DNA of 58,288 bases, filler included, from an uncultured bacterium (lineage in GTDB: Bacteria > Hinthialibacterota > Hinthialibacteria > Hinthialibacterales > Hinthialibacteraceae): the NCBI GenBank assembly GCA_964449065.1. It is 3 parts of 3 records of this genome, joined end to end, with 100 filler letters (N's around TTAATTAATTAA, not from the genome) between each part and the next. Parts side by side here need not be neighbours in the genome. Positions count along the whole stretch, not along the records: positions 1 to 19,565 come from CAYVAZ010000057.1; positions 19,666 to 39,198 come from CAYVAZ010000058.1; 1 more part is not named here. One strand, given 5' to 3'. Of this stretch, positions 10,325 to 20,587 are shown in pieces. Positions within the stretch are counted from its first letter, which is position 1, and each line of letters starts with the position of its first letter. Both the position numbers and the translations under genes were made by a program. The notes under the pieces are model-generated. The model had not been told where the DNA came from, did no database searches, and saw nothing but the letters and a program-made list of their open reading frames with translations.

Positions 10325-10341
10325 CTGGCATTTTCTTTGCG
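10325..10341 (+). promoter_or_regulatory. Sigma-54 (-24/-12) promoter for groESL
   Basis: CTGGCATTTTCTTTGCG with exact GG-N10-GC spacing. Confidence 0.7.
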
Positions 10342-10403
10342 TTAGAGCAAATAACAAAATGTTTACACCCTATTTATGCTCTTCGAAGAAAGGAGAAACA
10401 GCA

Positions 10404-10715
10404 ATGCCAGCAACAGCAAAAAAAATGTCCGTTCAACCGTTAGCAGACCGCGTTTTGGTCAAACGTCTTGAAACCTCAGAAGAAACAAGTGATGGTGGAA
10501 TCATCATCCCCGATACCGCAAAAGAAAAACCCCAGGAGGCCGAAATCGTGGCCGTCGGCCCCGGTAAACGGGACAAAGACGGTAACATCATTTCACCGGA
10601 AGTCAAAAAAGGCGACAAAGTGCTCATCAGCAAATACGGCGGCACCGACGTTAAAATCAACGGTGAGGAACATGTTATTGTCCGTGAAGATGACATCCTT
10701 GCTATTGTTCAGTAA
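10404..10715 (+). CDS. groES: Co-chaperonin GroES
   Basis: [23 protein letters not shown] and KYGGTDVK motifs; AAGGAG RBS before ATG 10404. Confidence 0.98.
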   Translation: MPATAKKMSVQPLADRVLVKRLETSEETSDGGIIIPDTAKEKPQEAEIVAVGPGKRDKDGNIISPEVKKGDKVLISKYGGTDVKINGEEHVIVREDDILAIVQ

Positions 10716-10789
10716 CTTTAAATTCTCGCAAAAAAACAAAAAAACAGGAAATCCAAACAAACTCACAACGTGTGAGAGGAGGTTGATAG

Positions 10790-12445
<1,656 letters not shown>

Positions 12446-12481
12446 ACATGGCTTACCACACGCTGTTCACATCTATACATC

Positions 12482-12517
12482 AAACCCCGGATTCCAATTG
12501 GAATCCGGGGTTTTTTT
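12482..12517 (+). terminator. Rho-independent terminator of groESL
   Basis: AAACCCCGGATTCCAA/TTGGAATCCGGGGTTT hairpin followed by a T run. Confidence 0.9.
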
Positions 12518-12540
12518 GTTTAGAGTGTTTGAACGTTTGA

Positions 12541-12647
12541 TAATACCATTTCCAATTAGGATTGATAAATTAGCGCGGCGATAATCCTCTGCGAAAGAAG
12601 GACTTAGCACCTTTCTTACCTGACCATCCTAAATAACATTGGTATAA
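12541..12647. mobile_element. Short MITE-like element with imperfect terminal inverted repeats
   Basis: TAATACCATTTCCAATTAGGATTG versus the reverse complement of the right end, TTATACCAATGTTATTTAGGATGG. Confidence 0.45.
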
Positions 12648-12670
12648 TGCTGTTTCCAATTGCCATCGTA

Positions 12671-14293
12671 TTAAAACGCATTTTTTGATTCATACAAATC
12701 AGGCAGGTCATTTTCAAAGAGGACAATATCCCCTTCGGTCAAGTGATATTGCAACCATTCTCTGGCTTCACGAAGTGTATTGCGCTCGATAATGGATTTG
12801 GCTGGAAAACCGCTCTTTACCAGGGCGGCTTTAAATTCCGGAATCCGGGAACCCGCTACAATTATAATCCAATCGCAGGACTTAGCCGCGTATTCCGCTA
12901 TCTTTTCATGTTCTTCCACCGAGCGTTCTCCCAATTCAACCATCCCCGGCGTCACCAATATTCTCCGCCTGCCGGGCATGGTTTTCATGACATCCAAAGC
13001 GGACCGAAAACCGTCCGGGTTAGAGTTGTATGCGTCATCGATGGTGGTAATCCCAGCGGAATCTTTTTGCACATCCAAGCGGTGAGCAACCGGCTGCATC
13101 TGTTGCAAGGCCGCAATCGCGGATACGGGCGGCACCCCCAGTTTTACGCCCAACAAGAACGCTCCTGCCACATTAAGCGCTTGATGCTTGCCAAACAGCG
13201 GAAACTGCAACGCGTACGTTTTCCCATGCAATTCAAGTTCGATCCGTTGGCCGGCCTCATTGGCTTCAATGTTCTTCAGCCAGCAATCCAATGGATACTC
13301 GTCTTTCTTTTCGCCATAAAAATAAACCGCCGCGCGGGTCTTGCTTTTCATCTCCCTGCAATAGGGGCAATCCGCGTTCAACACAACAACCCCATCATCC
13401 GCAACCGCTTGCGGTAGTTCCGACTTTGCGGCGGCAACCGCTTCCTGCGTTTGAAAGCGCTCGTAATGGGCGATCCCCACTACCGTGACAATGGCGGCAT
13501 CCGGCGGGGTCAGCCCGCATAGTTGTTTGATCGAACCGGGGCCATAGGCTCCCATTTCCACCACAAAAAACCGGTGATCGGAACGCAACTGTTCACGGAT
13601 GATCCGCGTGATTCCCATTAACGTATTCACACTGCCCGGCGTGTAGAGAGTCGGCTCATGGCTTTGCAGAATCTGGGCCAACAGGTGCTTCATCGAGGTT
13701 TTTCCATAACTGCCGGTAATGCCGATGACGGCAGGCCGCAACTCGTGAAGTTTCGCCTTCGCTTCCTTGAGATACTTGTTTTGAATCACGCTTTCAACCG
13801 GTTTTAACACACAATTCGCGACAACAATCAACAACGGTGTAAGTTGAAGCAATAACGCTATACTAAAATAATGCCAAATAAATGTTGTTTTGAATTGAGT
13901 GATAGACAACACCAGCATCGGCAAAAAAATAAGCCCCGCCATTTGCACAAACATTGCCGTCCAAATGATGCGCCGGGCCCGTGAAGTGAACACGAACTTT
14001 TTCTTGGACGGCTTATAAGAATGGCTCCATCCCGCGGCCGCAAAGACCGCGGGAGATATCCAATTAATCAAAGCCGATGTATTGGCACTCAGAGCGAAAG
14101 ACGCTACCCCAAACACAAAAGCAAATACCGTCACAGGAATCTCAAAAGACCGGGAACGAACCCACCACGCCAAAAATCGTTTGGCGTCGTATTCTTCTTG
14201 CTGATAGAACTGCATATATCGAAGAAGTATCCACCACAGCGCGGCTAAAAATCCTAAATCTATCCACACATTTTGCACGAACTCGATGAACAT
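12671..14293 (-). CDS. murF: UDP-MurNAc-tripeptide--D-Ala-D-Ala ligase with N-terminal membrane domain
   Basis: GITGSYGKTS, VVEMGAY, IDDAYNSNP and TPGMVELG motifs. Confidence 0.9.
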   Translation of the reverse strand: MFIEFVQNVWIDLGFLAALWWILLRYMQFYQQEEYDAKRFLAWWVRSRSFEIPVTVFAFVFGVASFALSANTSALINWISPAVFAAAGWSHSYKPSKKKFVFTSRARRIIWTAMFVQMAGLIFLPMLVLSITQFKTTFIWHYFSIALLLQLTPLLIVVANCVLKPVESVIQNKYLKEAKAKLHELRPAVIGITGSYGKTSMKHLLAQILQSHEPTLYTPGSVNTLMGITRIIREQLRSDHRFFVVEMGAYGPGSIKQLCGLTPPDAAIVTVVGIAHYERFQTQEAVAAAKSELPQAVADDGVVVLNADCPYCREMKSKTRAAVYFYGEKKDEYPLDCWLKNIEANEAGQRIELELHGKTYALQFPLFGKHQALNVAGAFLLGVKLGVPPVSAIAALQQMQPVAHRLDVQKDSAGITTIDDAYNSNPDGFRSALDVMKTMPGRRRILVTPGMVELGERSVEEHEKIAEYAAKSCDWIIIVAGSRIPEFKAALVKSGFPAKSIIERNTLREAREWLQYHLTEGDIVLFENDLPDLYESKNAF

Positions 14294-14306
14294 GCCTCAA
14301 CTCCCC

Positions 14307-15104
14307 TTAGAGTTCTTTAAGCCAGTTGACTATTTGATGGCACACTTGATGCCGGCCTCGGTCCAGTATGCTGTTGTGATCAAACCCCGGCAATTCAATA
14401 TAGCGTGAATCGGGCAAACCGTCTTGGATCATTTTCCCCACCACCGGCGGCGTCATTTCATCCTCGCTGCCATAAATTAATAACGAAGGCGTTTTAATCT
14501 GCGGGAGTACATCTTTCATATCTTCATTGACTACCCGCACAAATATTTTACGCATCTCCCCGGCCTGCTGATAATCCACGGACGCGATGAGTGAATAAAG
14601 CGATTGTTGAACGGGCTTGCCGAGGAAGGCTGGCAATACCGCCCTGGCAGTCTTTGCCAGAGTTTGAATGGTTTGGATGCGGGCTTTCTTCCAAAACGGC
14701 CGCGGCCGCTTGATGCCCGCTGCCGCGATGAGAACCATCCCCTTTATCAAAGACGGTTCTATTAGCGCCATTCGCATCGAAACTCTACCGCCGAATGAAT
14801 GCGAAACCACTACCGCATTGTCTATCGCCAAGGATTTTGCGAACGCCAAAGTGCATTCCGCATAGTCCGCAGTCCCCCAAACATCACCCGGAATTTCCGA
14901 TTCCCCAAATCCGGGAAAATCCAATGCGATAAGCCTGTACTGGTTTGCCAGCAACTCCATCAACGGAAGAAAGGTGTACAATCCGGTGGCCCAGCCGTGC
15001 AAAAAAAGAATGGGCTTTCCCTGCCCCCTGTCTACGTACCGAATCGTTTGAGACGAACCGCGGCACGGCACGGTAATATTTTGGAAATGGATCGGTGAAT
15101 TCAT
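14307..15104 (-). CDS. Alpha/beta hydrolase
   Basis: LFLHGW, ALDFPGFGES and SHSFGG nucleophile motifs; C-terminal His. Confidence 0.9.
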   Translation of the reverse strand: MNSPIHFQNITVPCRGSSQTIRYVDRGQGKPILFLHGWATGLYTFLPLMELLANQYRLIALDFPGFGESEIPGDVWGTADYAECTLAFAKSLAIDNAVVVSHSFGGRVSMRMALIEPSLIKGMVLIAAAGIKRPRPFWKKARIQTIQTLAKTARAVLPAFLGKPVQQSLYSLIASVDYQQAGEMRKIFVRVVNEDMKDVLPQIKTPSLLIYGSEDEMTPPVVGKMIQDGLPDSRYIELPGFDHNSILDRGRHQVCHQIVNWLKEL

Positions 15105-15309
15105 TCGGCCGGGAGTTCCATTTTGGATTTCAGTGAGTGTAACTTTATACGCATTCCCGTCAAGAAGGTTTCCTTCATACGAAATATTATGGATTTTGCT
15201 TCTTCCTTCAAATTGAAAACCTTCTGTACCAATGATAACCGTGCAACAATAGTTTATGCAATACATTTTTCATTGCAATGTGATTGATTGCTTATCAGCA
15301 GGAGATACC

Positions 15310-16515
15310 ATGCCATCTGATTCCCTCACAAAATTACGTGTTGCTGTCCTGTTTGGGGGGCAGTCTATCGAACACGAAATCAGTATCCTCACTGCCATGC
15401 AGGTGATGGATGCCTTGGATTCCACCAAGTATGATGTCATCCCGGTTTATGTGGATCCGGAAAATGTTTGGTTTACCGGCGAATCCTTACGCCGGCGTGA
15501 AACCTATTGGTTGACGGAAGACAAGAAAGCCGAACTAACCCGGGTGGCGCTGGCATGTGACAATCCGTTTGAATTGGTCGAAGCCAAACCGCAAAAAGGA
15601 TGGTTCGGGTATAAAGAAGCGAAACGCGTTCCGGTCGATCTCTTCTTCCCCGCCTTTCACGGCACCTTTGGGGAAGACGGATGCATTCAAGGAATGCTGG
15701 AATGGGTCAATGTGCCATATACCGGAAGTGGTCCGTTAGCGGCCGCGTTGGGGATGAACAAATACCGTTGCAAACGCTTTTTGAAAGCGGTCGGTTTGCC
15801 CGTCTTACCGGGAATCCTGCTAGACCGCCAAGATTGGGATGCCGAAAAAGCCGATACCACCGCCAAAGATGTTCTCTCCGCGTTGGACTTACCCTTAATG
15901 GTAAAGCCCTGCAACTTAGGCTCCAGCTTGGGAGCATCGGTAGCCCGAACCGAAGACGAATTGATGATCTCAATTGCCGGCGCGTTTGGGTTTGATTACC
16001 AAGTACTGGTTGAACCTCTCTTGGAAAATATGTACGAGTTGAATGTTTCCGTACTGGAAGATTCCCCGCCGCTAACATCCGCAATTGAAAAACCGGCAAA
16101 CGATGAAAGCGTTTTGACCTTTGAACAAAAGTACTTGAAGGGCAGCAACAAAGGCAAAACCAATCTTAGCGAAGGCATGGCCTCGATGAAGCGCGATTTA
16201 AATCCGAAAGACGTGCCGGAAGGGATTCTCACGACGGTGCGCGACCAGGCGGTTAGTGCCTTCAACGCCATCGGATGCCGCGGGCTGGTCCGCTTTGACT
16301 TTATGGTCGCAGCCGATGAAGATTCCGGTGAAGATATCGTATATTTTAATGAAGTCAACATTCTTCCTGGCTCGTTTTCCTATTACCTCTGGGAAGCAGC
16401 CAATCCCTCAATACCGTTCACCGAGTTGCTCAACAAACTAATCGATGCCGCACTGGACGAACACAAATACAAACGAAAGATTCAACGCAAAATACAACCG
16501 CGAATTTTCTCGTAG
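15310..16515 (+). CDS. ddl: D-alanine--D-alanine ligase
   Basis: LFGGQSIEHEIS, FHGTFGEDGCIQG, VKPCNLGSS and NEVNILPG motifs; GGAG RBS. Confidence 0.92.
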   Translation: MPSDSLTKLRVAVLFGGQSIEHEISILTAMQVMDALDSTKYDVIPVYVDPENVWFTGESLRRRETYWLTEDKKAELTRVALACDNPFELVEAKPQKGWFGYKEAKRVPVDLFFPAFHGTFGEDGCIQGMLEWVNVPYTGSGPLAAALGMNKYRCKRFLKAVGLPVLPGILLDRQDWDAEKADTTAKDVLSALDLPLMVKPCNLGSSLGASVARTEDELMISIAGAFGFDYQVLVEPLLENMYELNVSVLEDSPPLTSAIEKPANDESVLTFEQKYLKGSNKGKTNLSEGMASMKRDLNPKDVPEGILTTVRDQAVSAFNAIGCRGLVRFDFMVAADEDSGEDIVYFNEVNILPGSFSYYLWEAANPSIPFTELLNKLIDAALDEHKYKRKIQRKIQPRIFS

Positions 16516-16519
16516 AAAC

Positions 16520-16550
16520 AAAAGAGGACGGAAAATATCCGCCCTCTTTT
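16520..16550. terminator. Bidirectional terminator between convergent genes
   Basis: AAAAGAGGACGG..CCGCCCTCTTTT hairpin. Confidence 0.75.
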
Positions 16551-16590
16551 AAACAACCGTTAAACAACAGTATCAATCAATATTAATCTG

Positions 16591-18492
16591 CTAGTCCAAT
16601 ACAGACCAATTCCCAATGGAAGAACCTAAAGTAGGAAGTGTGAAGGTAGTGGAGGTTAGTGATCCTCTACCGCCGTCACCACCGGCTCCGCCATCATTCG
16701 AGTGATCGGCGGAATCAGCCGAATAGCGTCCATCCCAAGCAATTAAGGGGCGATTGTTTAACGGACGATGGAGAACCGTTCCATCCAACCACAATTCTTG
16801 ATCACCGGATAGCCAAGTACGTAATGCGTCCGGGTTGTCATTGACTTCTGTCCAGTTTTCTAAACTGCCCATTTCAAAATCTGAATTCGGGAAAGCCAAT
16901 TCCGCGCTGGATCCATCCCACACAAACACGTCATCAAAACCGGACCAGTCCCAGCCGTTTGTGGTGTTGTCTTCAAAGAAAAATTGAGCGGGTTTGCCAT
17001 AATGTTCCGGTTTGATGATGAAACGGTATTCCGGCATGTGGGGGTGGTCTTGTGAACTGATTTGTGCTGACCAACCCAACCCTTGGCAGTTGTTCCAATA
17101 GGTAAAGTCAGCTGCTTCTTCAAAGACTCCGTTTTCATTTACATCAATTCGAAGTTGAACCGAATTCATTTGCAATCCGCCGGCAAATCCTTCAAAGCGG
17201 ATTTCGGTTGTTCCTTGAGCGTCTGCCCATTGGACAAATACCATTTCACTCGGCGCGGGTATGGCCTCGATGGTAAATACATCGGAACGAAGTTCTACTC
17301 CTTGCCAAAACACTTCGCCGTTTTCAAGGCCGCCTGTACCCACATAGGTTCCGCGGGAACGGTGATTTTGGTCGATGGTTTCATCACGAAAGAAAACAGA
17401 CGCGTCACCATCAGGTTCTTTATTTACTGTCCAGCCTGGAATGCCGCCGGAAGCATGTTCCGTATACTCAAACGCGATTTCATCTGCGATTTGAGGATCT
17501 GTAATGCCTTCTTCAAAATCACCGTTGGTAATGATGGATTGTTCCCAATCCCAGTTCATACGAACCCCGTCCAGACCGACGGCAAAGAACTCGGAATTGT
17601 CCACCACAACAAACTGCGCGCGACGGCCTTCCAATCCGGACGTGTTCATGATTTGAGAGTGCATGTCGTCGTTGAAACTAGCCGCGGAACCAGTGAAGAA
17701 CGCAATAGCTGGAACATCAACACCTTCATCGTATTGGCCGTTCGGGTCTTCAGTTGCCGTTCCGACATCCAAATAGATAAATGAACCGTTGTCGGTTCCC
17801 GCAAACCCCTCTTTTGAAAAGCGGTCGGAAACACCGCCGGCACCCATGAAGTAAATGAAGCTGGAGACAGGCTCCAGTGTAAACGTATCAGACTCCAAGG
17901 TCACGGTTGGAGTGTTTTCACCACCGATTTGGGTGGTAAGAAACTGGTCTTCATAGGCAATGAAATCGCCGGCTTCATCGCGAACAACCAAACTGGCAGG
18001 ATCGGTTACATCGCCGCCGGTTATGCTCCAGCCTTCCAAACTTGAAGCTTCGAAATCGCCGTTCGGAACCAGGTTTTCCACAACCGTTCCGTCCGCGAAG
18101 TTCAAACGGATGGAGTTGATGGCTATGTAAGAAGCCGGATCGTTATCGACAATAACAATCTTGGCTTGTTGCCCGGCAAATTCATCCAATGCGATGAAAA
18201 CCGTTCTCCACGATCCCGGATTAACGGTTTCGGAATTGCCGCGTCCCAGAAAGTTAATAAATTCTTCCGACAACCATTTGTCCACGGTACCATCGGCGCC
18301 AACGTCCACACCAACATCAATGGTTTCCGGGCTGAGTAAAGGAAGAACGACAGGGCCGTCTGTTGCTCCAATACTGTTAGAGGAAAGGGTAATCCACAGA
18401 AATGTCGGTGCATTTCCTGAATTATTGGTAGCGGAAAAACCATTTACCGCCATGAAAATGGATACTGCGAGTACGAATAACTTCTTAGTCAT
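16591..18492 (-). CDS. Secreted acidic protein with three CBM-like beta-sandwich repeats
   Basis: Signal peptide; three N(G/S)DFE..W and S..FT(L/I) repeats; ends SSIGNWSVLD. Confidence 0.8.
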   Translation of the reverse strand: MTKKLFVLAVSIFMAVNGFSATNNSGNAPTFLWITLSSNSIGATDGPVVLPLLSPETIDVGVDVGADGTVDKWLSEEFINFLGRGNSETVNPGSWRTVFIALDEFAGQQAKIVIVDNDPASYIAINSIRLNFADGTVVENLVPNGDFEASSLEGWSITGGDVTDPASLVVRDEAGDFIAYEDQFLTTQIGGENTPTVTLESDTFTLEPVSSFIYFMGAGGVSDRFSKEGFAGTDNGSFIYLDVGTATEDPNGQYDEGVDVPAIAFFTGSAASFNDDMHSQIMNTSGLEGRRAQFVVVDNSEFFAVGLDGVRMNWDWEQSIITNGDFEEGITDPQIADEIAFEYTEHASGGIPGWTVNKEPDGDASVFFRDETIDQNHRSRGTYVGTGGLENGEVFWQGVELRSDVFTIEAIPAPSEMVFVQWADAQGTTEIRFEGFAGGLQMNSVQLRIDVNENGVFEEAADFTYWNNCQGLGWSAQISSQDHPHMPEYRFIIKPEHYGKPAQFFFEDNTTNGWDWSGFDDVFVWDGSSAELAFPNSDFEMGSLENWTEVNDNPDALRTWLSGDQELWLDGTVLHRPLNNRPLIAWDGRYSADSADHSNDGGAGGDGGRGSLTSTTFTLPTLGSSIGNWSVLD

Positions 18493-18684
18493 TTAAGACT
18501 CCTTTCAGATTGTTATGAATACCGTATTCTACGGCAAAAATGTTTCTCGTATGTTTAACAATTGTTAAATACTCATTAAAATTTAACCTTCTGAACAAAA
18601 TCTCTCCCCAAACACTTTGGGCAATTTGTCCAGCTGTAGGAGAGAAAAAGGGGGAGAGTGAAGAAAGCCGTAATCCGGGAAACC

Positions 18685-18750
18685 ATCATCCGGTTGCAAA
18701 GATCATCCGGTTGCAAAGATCATTTGCGCCTATGCATCCATAGGCGCAAT
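18685..18750. repeat. 17-bp tandem repeat followed by a hairpin
   Basis: ATCATCCGGTTGCAAAG x2, then TTGCGCCTATG-CATC-CATAGGCGCAA. Confidence 0.7.
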
Positions 18751-18817
18751 ATGTTTATACACTGTGACTCTTGCGAACAATCCGCAATGAAAATGGTAGT
18801 AGCGTTTTAATTGGGAA

Positions 18818-19426
18818 CTAAAAAAACCAATTTTTACCGCTGAAAAACCGGTCATAACTTGCGTCGGGCTTTTGGTTGAATCTCCAGACGAAAAATAAGT
18901 CGCCATTGCTGTTGATTCCGTTTGAACCATCGTAAGGCACAGAGAAGTTCGTTGGATGCCAATCGCCGTTGTCGCTATCGGGGCCCGCTCCGGCCAATAC
19001 CCCATACGTGCCGCCATTATTAGAACAATCTCTATCCTCATAGGAATAAAAAACACCGCGGGCGAAGGGATCGACTGGAATGGAAGAAATGTATGATACA
19101 GGAGTGGTTAAAACTTGATAAATTTGTCCGCTAAAATGGTTTTCGCCCGTGCCGACATGATCCAGGCCGACTCTGGAAGGCCGAACGCCAAACCATCTTC
19201 CTTTAAAAGTACATTCAGGAGAACCTCCATCGTTTCCATCAATCAACCACAATCCGGTATCCATATTGAAGATGCGAATTTGATCACGCAACATACGGAT
19301 ATCCGCCTTGGCGCGTGCGGTTTTTGCTTTAATCTGCGCGTTTAAGAAATTAGGGACTGCTATGGCAGCCAGTATCCCGATTATGGCGACAACGATTAAC
19401 AGTTCGATCAGTGTAAATGCCCTCAT
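18818..19426 (-). CDS. Prepilin-type N-terminal cleavage/methylation domain protein
   Basis: A|FTLIELLIVVAIIGILAAIAVPNF class III signal. Confidence 0.92.
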   Translation of the reverse strand: MRAFTLIELLIVVAIIGILAAIAVPNFLNAQIKAKTARAKADIRMLRDQIRIFNMDTGLWLIDGNDGGSPECTFKGRWFGVRPSRVGLDHVGTGENHFSGQIYQVLTTPVSYISSIPVDPFARGVFYSYEDRDCSNNGGTYGVLAGAGPDSDNGDWHPTNFSVPYDGSNGINSNGDLFFVWRFNQKPDASYDRFFSGKNWFF

Positions 19427-19565
19427 TGGATCTCCTAAAAGTAGATGGAAATAGAGTACACAATGAATGTTAGACTATCGTTTGGATTGAATTAGATTTA
19501 TATAACTCATGTTACGCAAAATTTTATACGGTAGGTATTGTTGCGAGCTTTAAATCCGTTTCGAT

Positions 19566-19665
19566 NNNNNNNNNNNNNNNNNNNNNNNNNNNNNNNNNNN
19601 NNNNNNNNNTTAATTAATTAANNNNNNNNNNNNNNNNNNNNNNNNNNNNNNNNNNNNNNNNNNNN
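19566..19665. other. Assembly gap with artificial six-frame-stop linker
   Basis: N44-TTAATTAATTAA-N44. Confidence 0.98.
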
Positions 19666-19676
19666 GAGCGCTTCGC

Positions 19677-19832
19677 TTATCGGGTAGATTTGAGTTGGTG
19701 GATCTTTGCATTAGCTGGCTGCATGCCGTAGAAACTGAAGCGCTCCGCGGCTTCGTTGGCGATGATATACGGGATGCCACCCGGCATTTTGGTGGATTTA
19801 ATGGGCGCGGTGATGTATTTGGATTGGCTCAT
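19677..19832 (-). pseudogene. 5' fragment of a POT/PTR family peptide transporter
   Basis: [22 protein letters not shown] (ExxERFxxYG signature), then 14 unrelated codons and a stop; has its own RBS. Confidence 0.8.
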
Positions 19833-19857
19833 ACTACTTCCTTCTTCAGTAATATAT

Positions 19858-20274
19858 TTAGATATCTTCAAGTTTGTTCAGCAATTGACGTGCCGTTATG
19901 ATAGGGATTTTTTCGATTTCGTGCAGGGAAAGCAAATGCTTTTTATCGCCTGTAACGATAAAATCCGCTTTCCCATGAATTGCAGTGGCGATAATCCAAT
20001 TGTCATCTGAATCCTTCGAATATTGAACCGGTGTTAATTCTTGAACAATGTGTGCCTTGGAATTGATCAGTTTGACGAGTTGTTGAACTTCATTTTGTCG
20101 AATATATTTCCGCATTTTTTCATAATTTGAAACACGGATTCATTCATCAATGATCTCCTGTGATATCACAAGATCATACTTCATTTTAATCCAGGCTTGA
20201 TAAATCTGATCGGGTGGAGTGTTGCGGGTAATCAGAGAACTGATAAATATGCAAGTATCAAGTACGATCCGCAC
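19858..20274 (-). pseudogene. PIN-family toxin with premature TGA
   Basis: GTG start MRIVLDTCIFIS..; in-frame TGA at 20140-20142; frame continues to DSDDNWII..ADFIVTGDKKHLL. Confidence 0.85.
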
Positions 20275-20494
20275 GGGTAACCTGTATTGCTTCCTCAAAG
20301 GTGAGTTCTATTTCGTTTTGATCGTATTGCTGATTTCGTGTTTTTATGCTTTCAACCGTCAGTTCAAACAATTTGCTTTTGACGGCATCCTCAACGAAAT
20401 GAGAAAACGCCTCTTCGCCAATATCATTGCTGCCCAAGTAATCTTGTAGGGCTTGGTCCACTTCATCGGAAACCGTCACAGACCATTGTCTCAT
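20258..20494 (-). CDS. Ribbon-helix-helix antitoxin
   Basis: 78 aa with WSVTVSDEVDQAL RHH pattern; overlaps the PIN gene start. Confidence 0.75.
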   Translation of the reverse strand: MRQWSVTVSDEVDQALQDYLGSNDIGEEAFSHFVEDAVKSKLFELTVESIKTRNQQYDQNEIELTFEEAIQVTRADRT

Positions 20495-20587
20495 TTTCTA
20501 GCGTCCTTCTTTCGTATCATTCCAAAAGCATTATAGAAGAATAGAATAGTCATGCAAATATTAATTGAATCTATAAAGCGTATAACT

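Noticed and set aside
10200..10400. CIRCE element upstream of groES
   Set aside because: No TTAGCACTC-N9-GAGTGCTAA match found
15310..16515. Vancomycin-resistance cluster (ddl plus the VanY-like peptidase at 39786)
   Set aside because: Genes are unlinked, with no vanH/vanX/vanRS; the ligase keeps the KY omega-loop typical of D-Ala-D-Ala ligases
19566..19665. TTAATTAATTAA palindrome in N runs (also 39243-39254) as a biological site
   Set aside because: Identical, centred in 100-nt gaps and gives stops in all six frames, so it is an artificial linker
20140..20142. Stop-codon reassignment or selenocysteine at the in-frame TGA (and TAA at 55619)
   Set aside because: TGA and TAA terminate many conserved genes here (tatC, accC, groEL); isolated nonsense mutations are simpler
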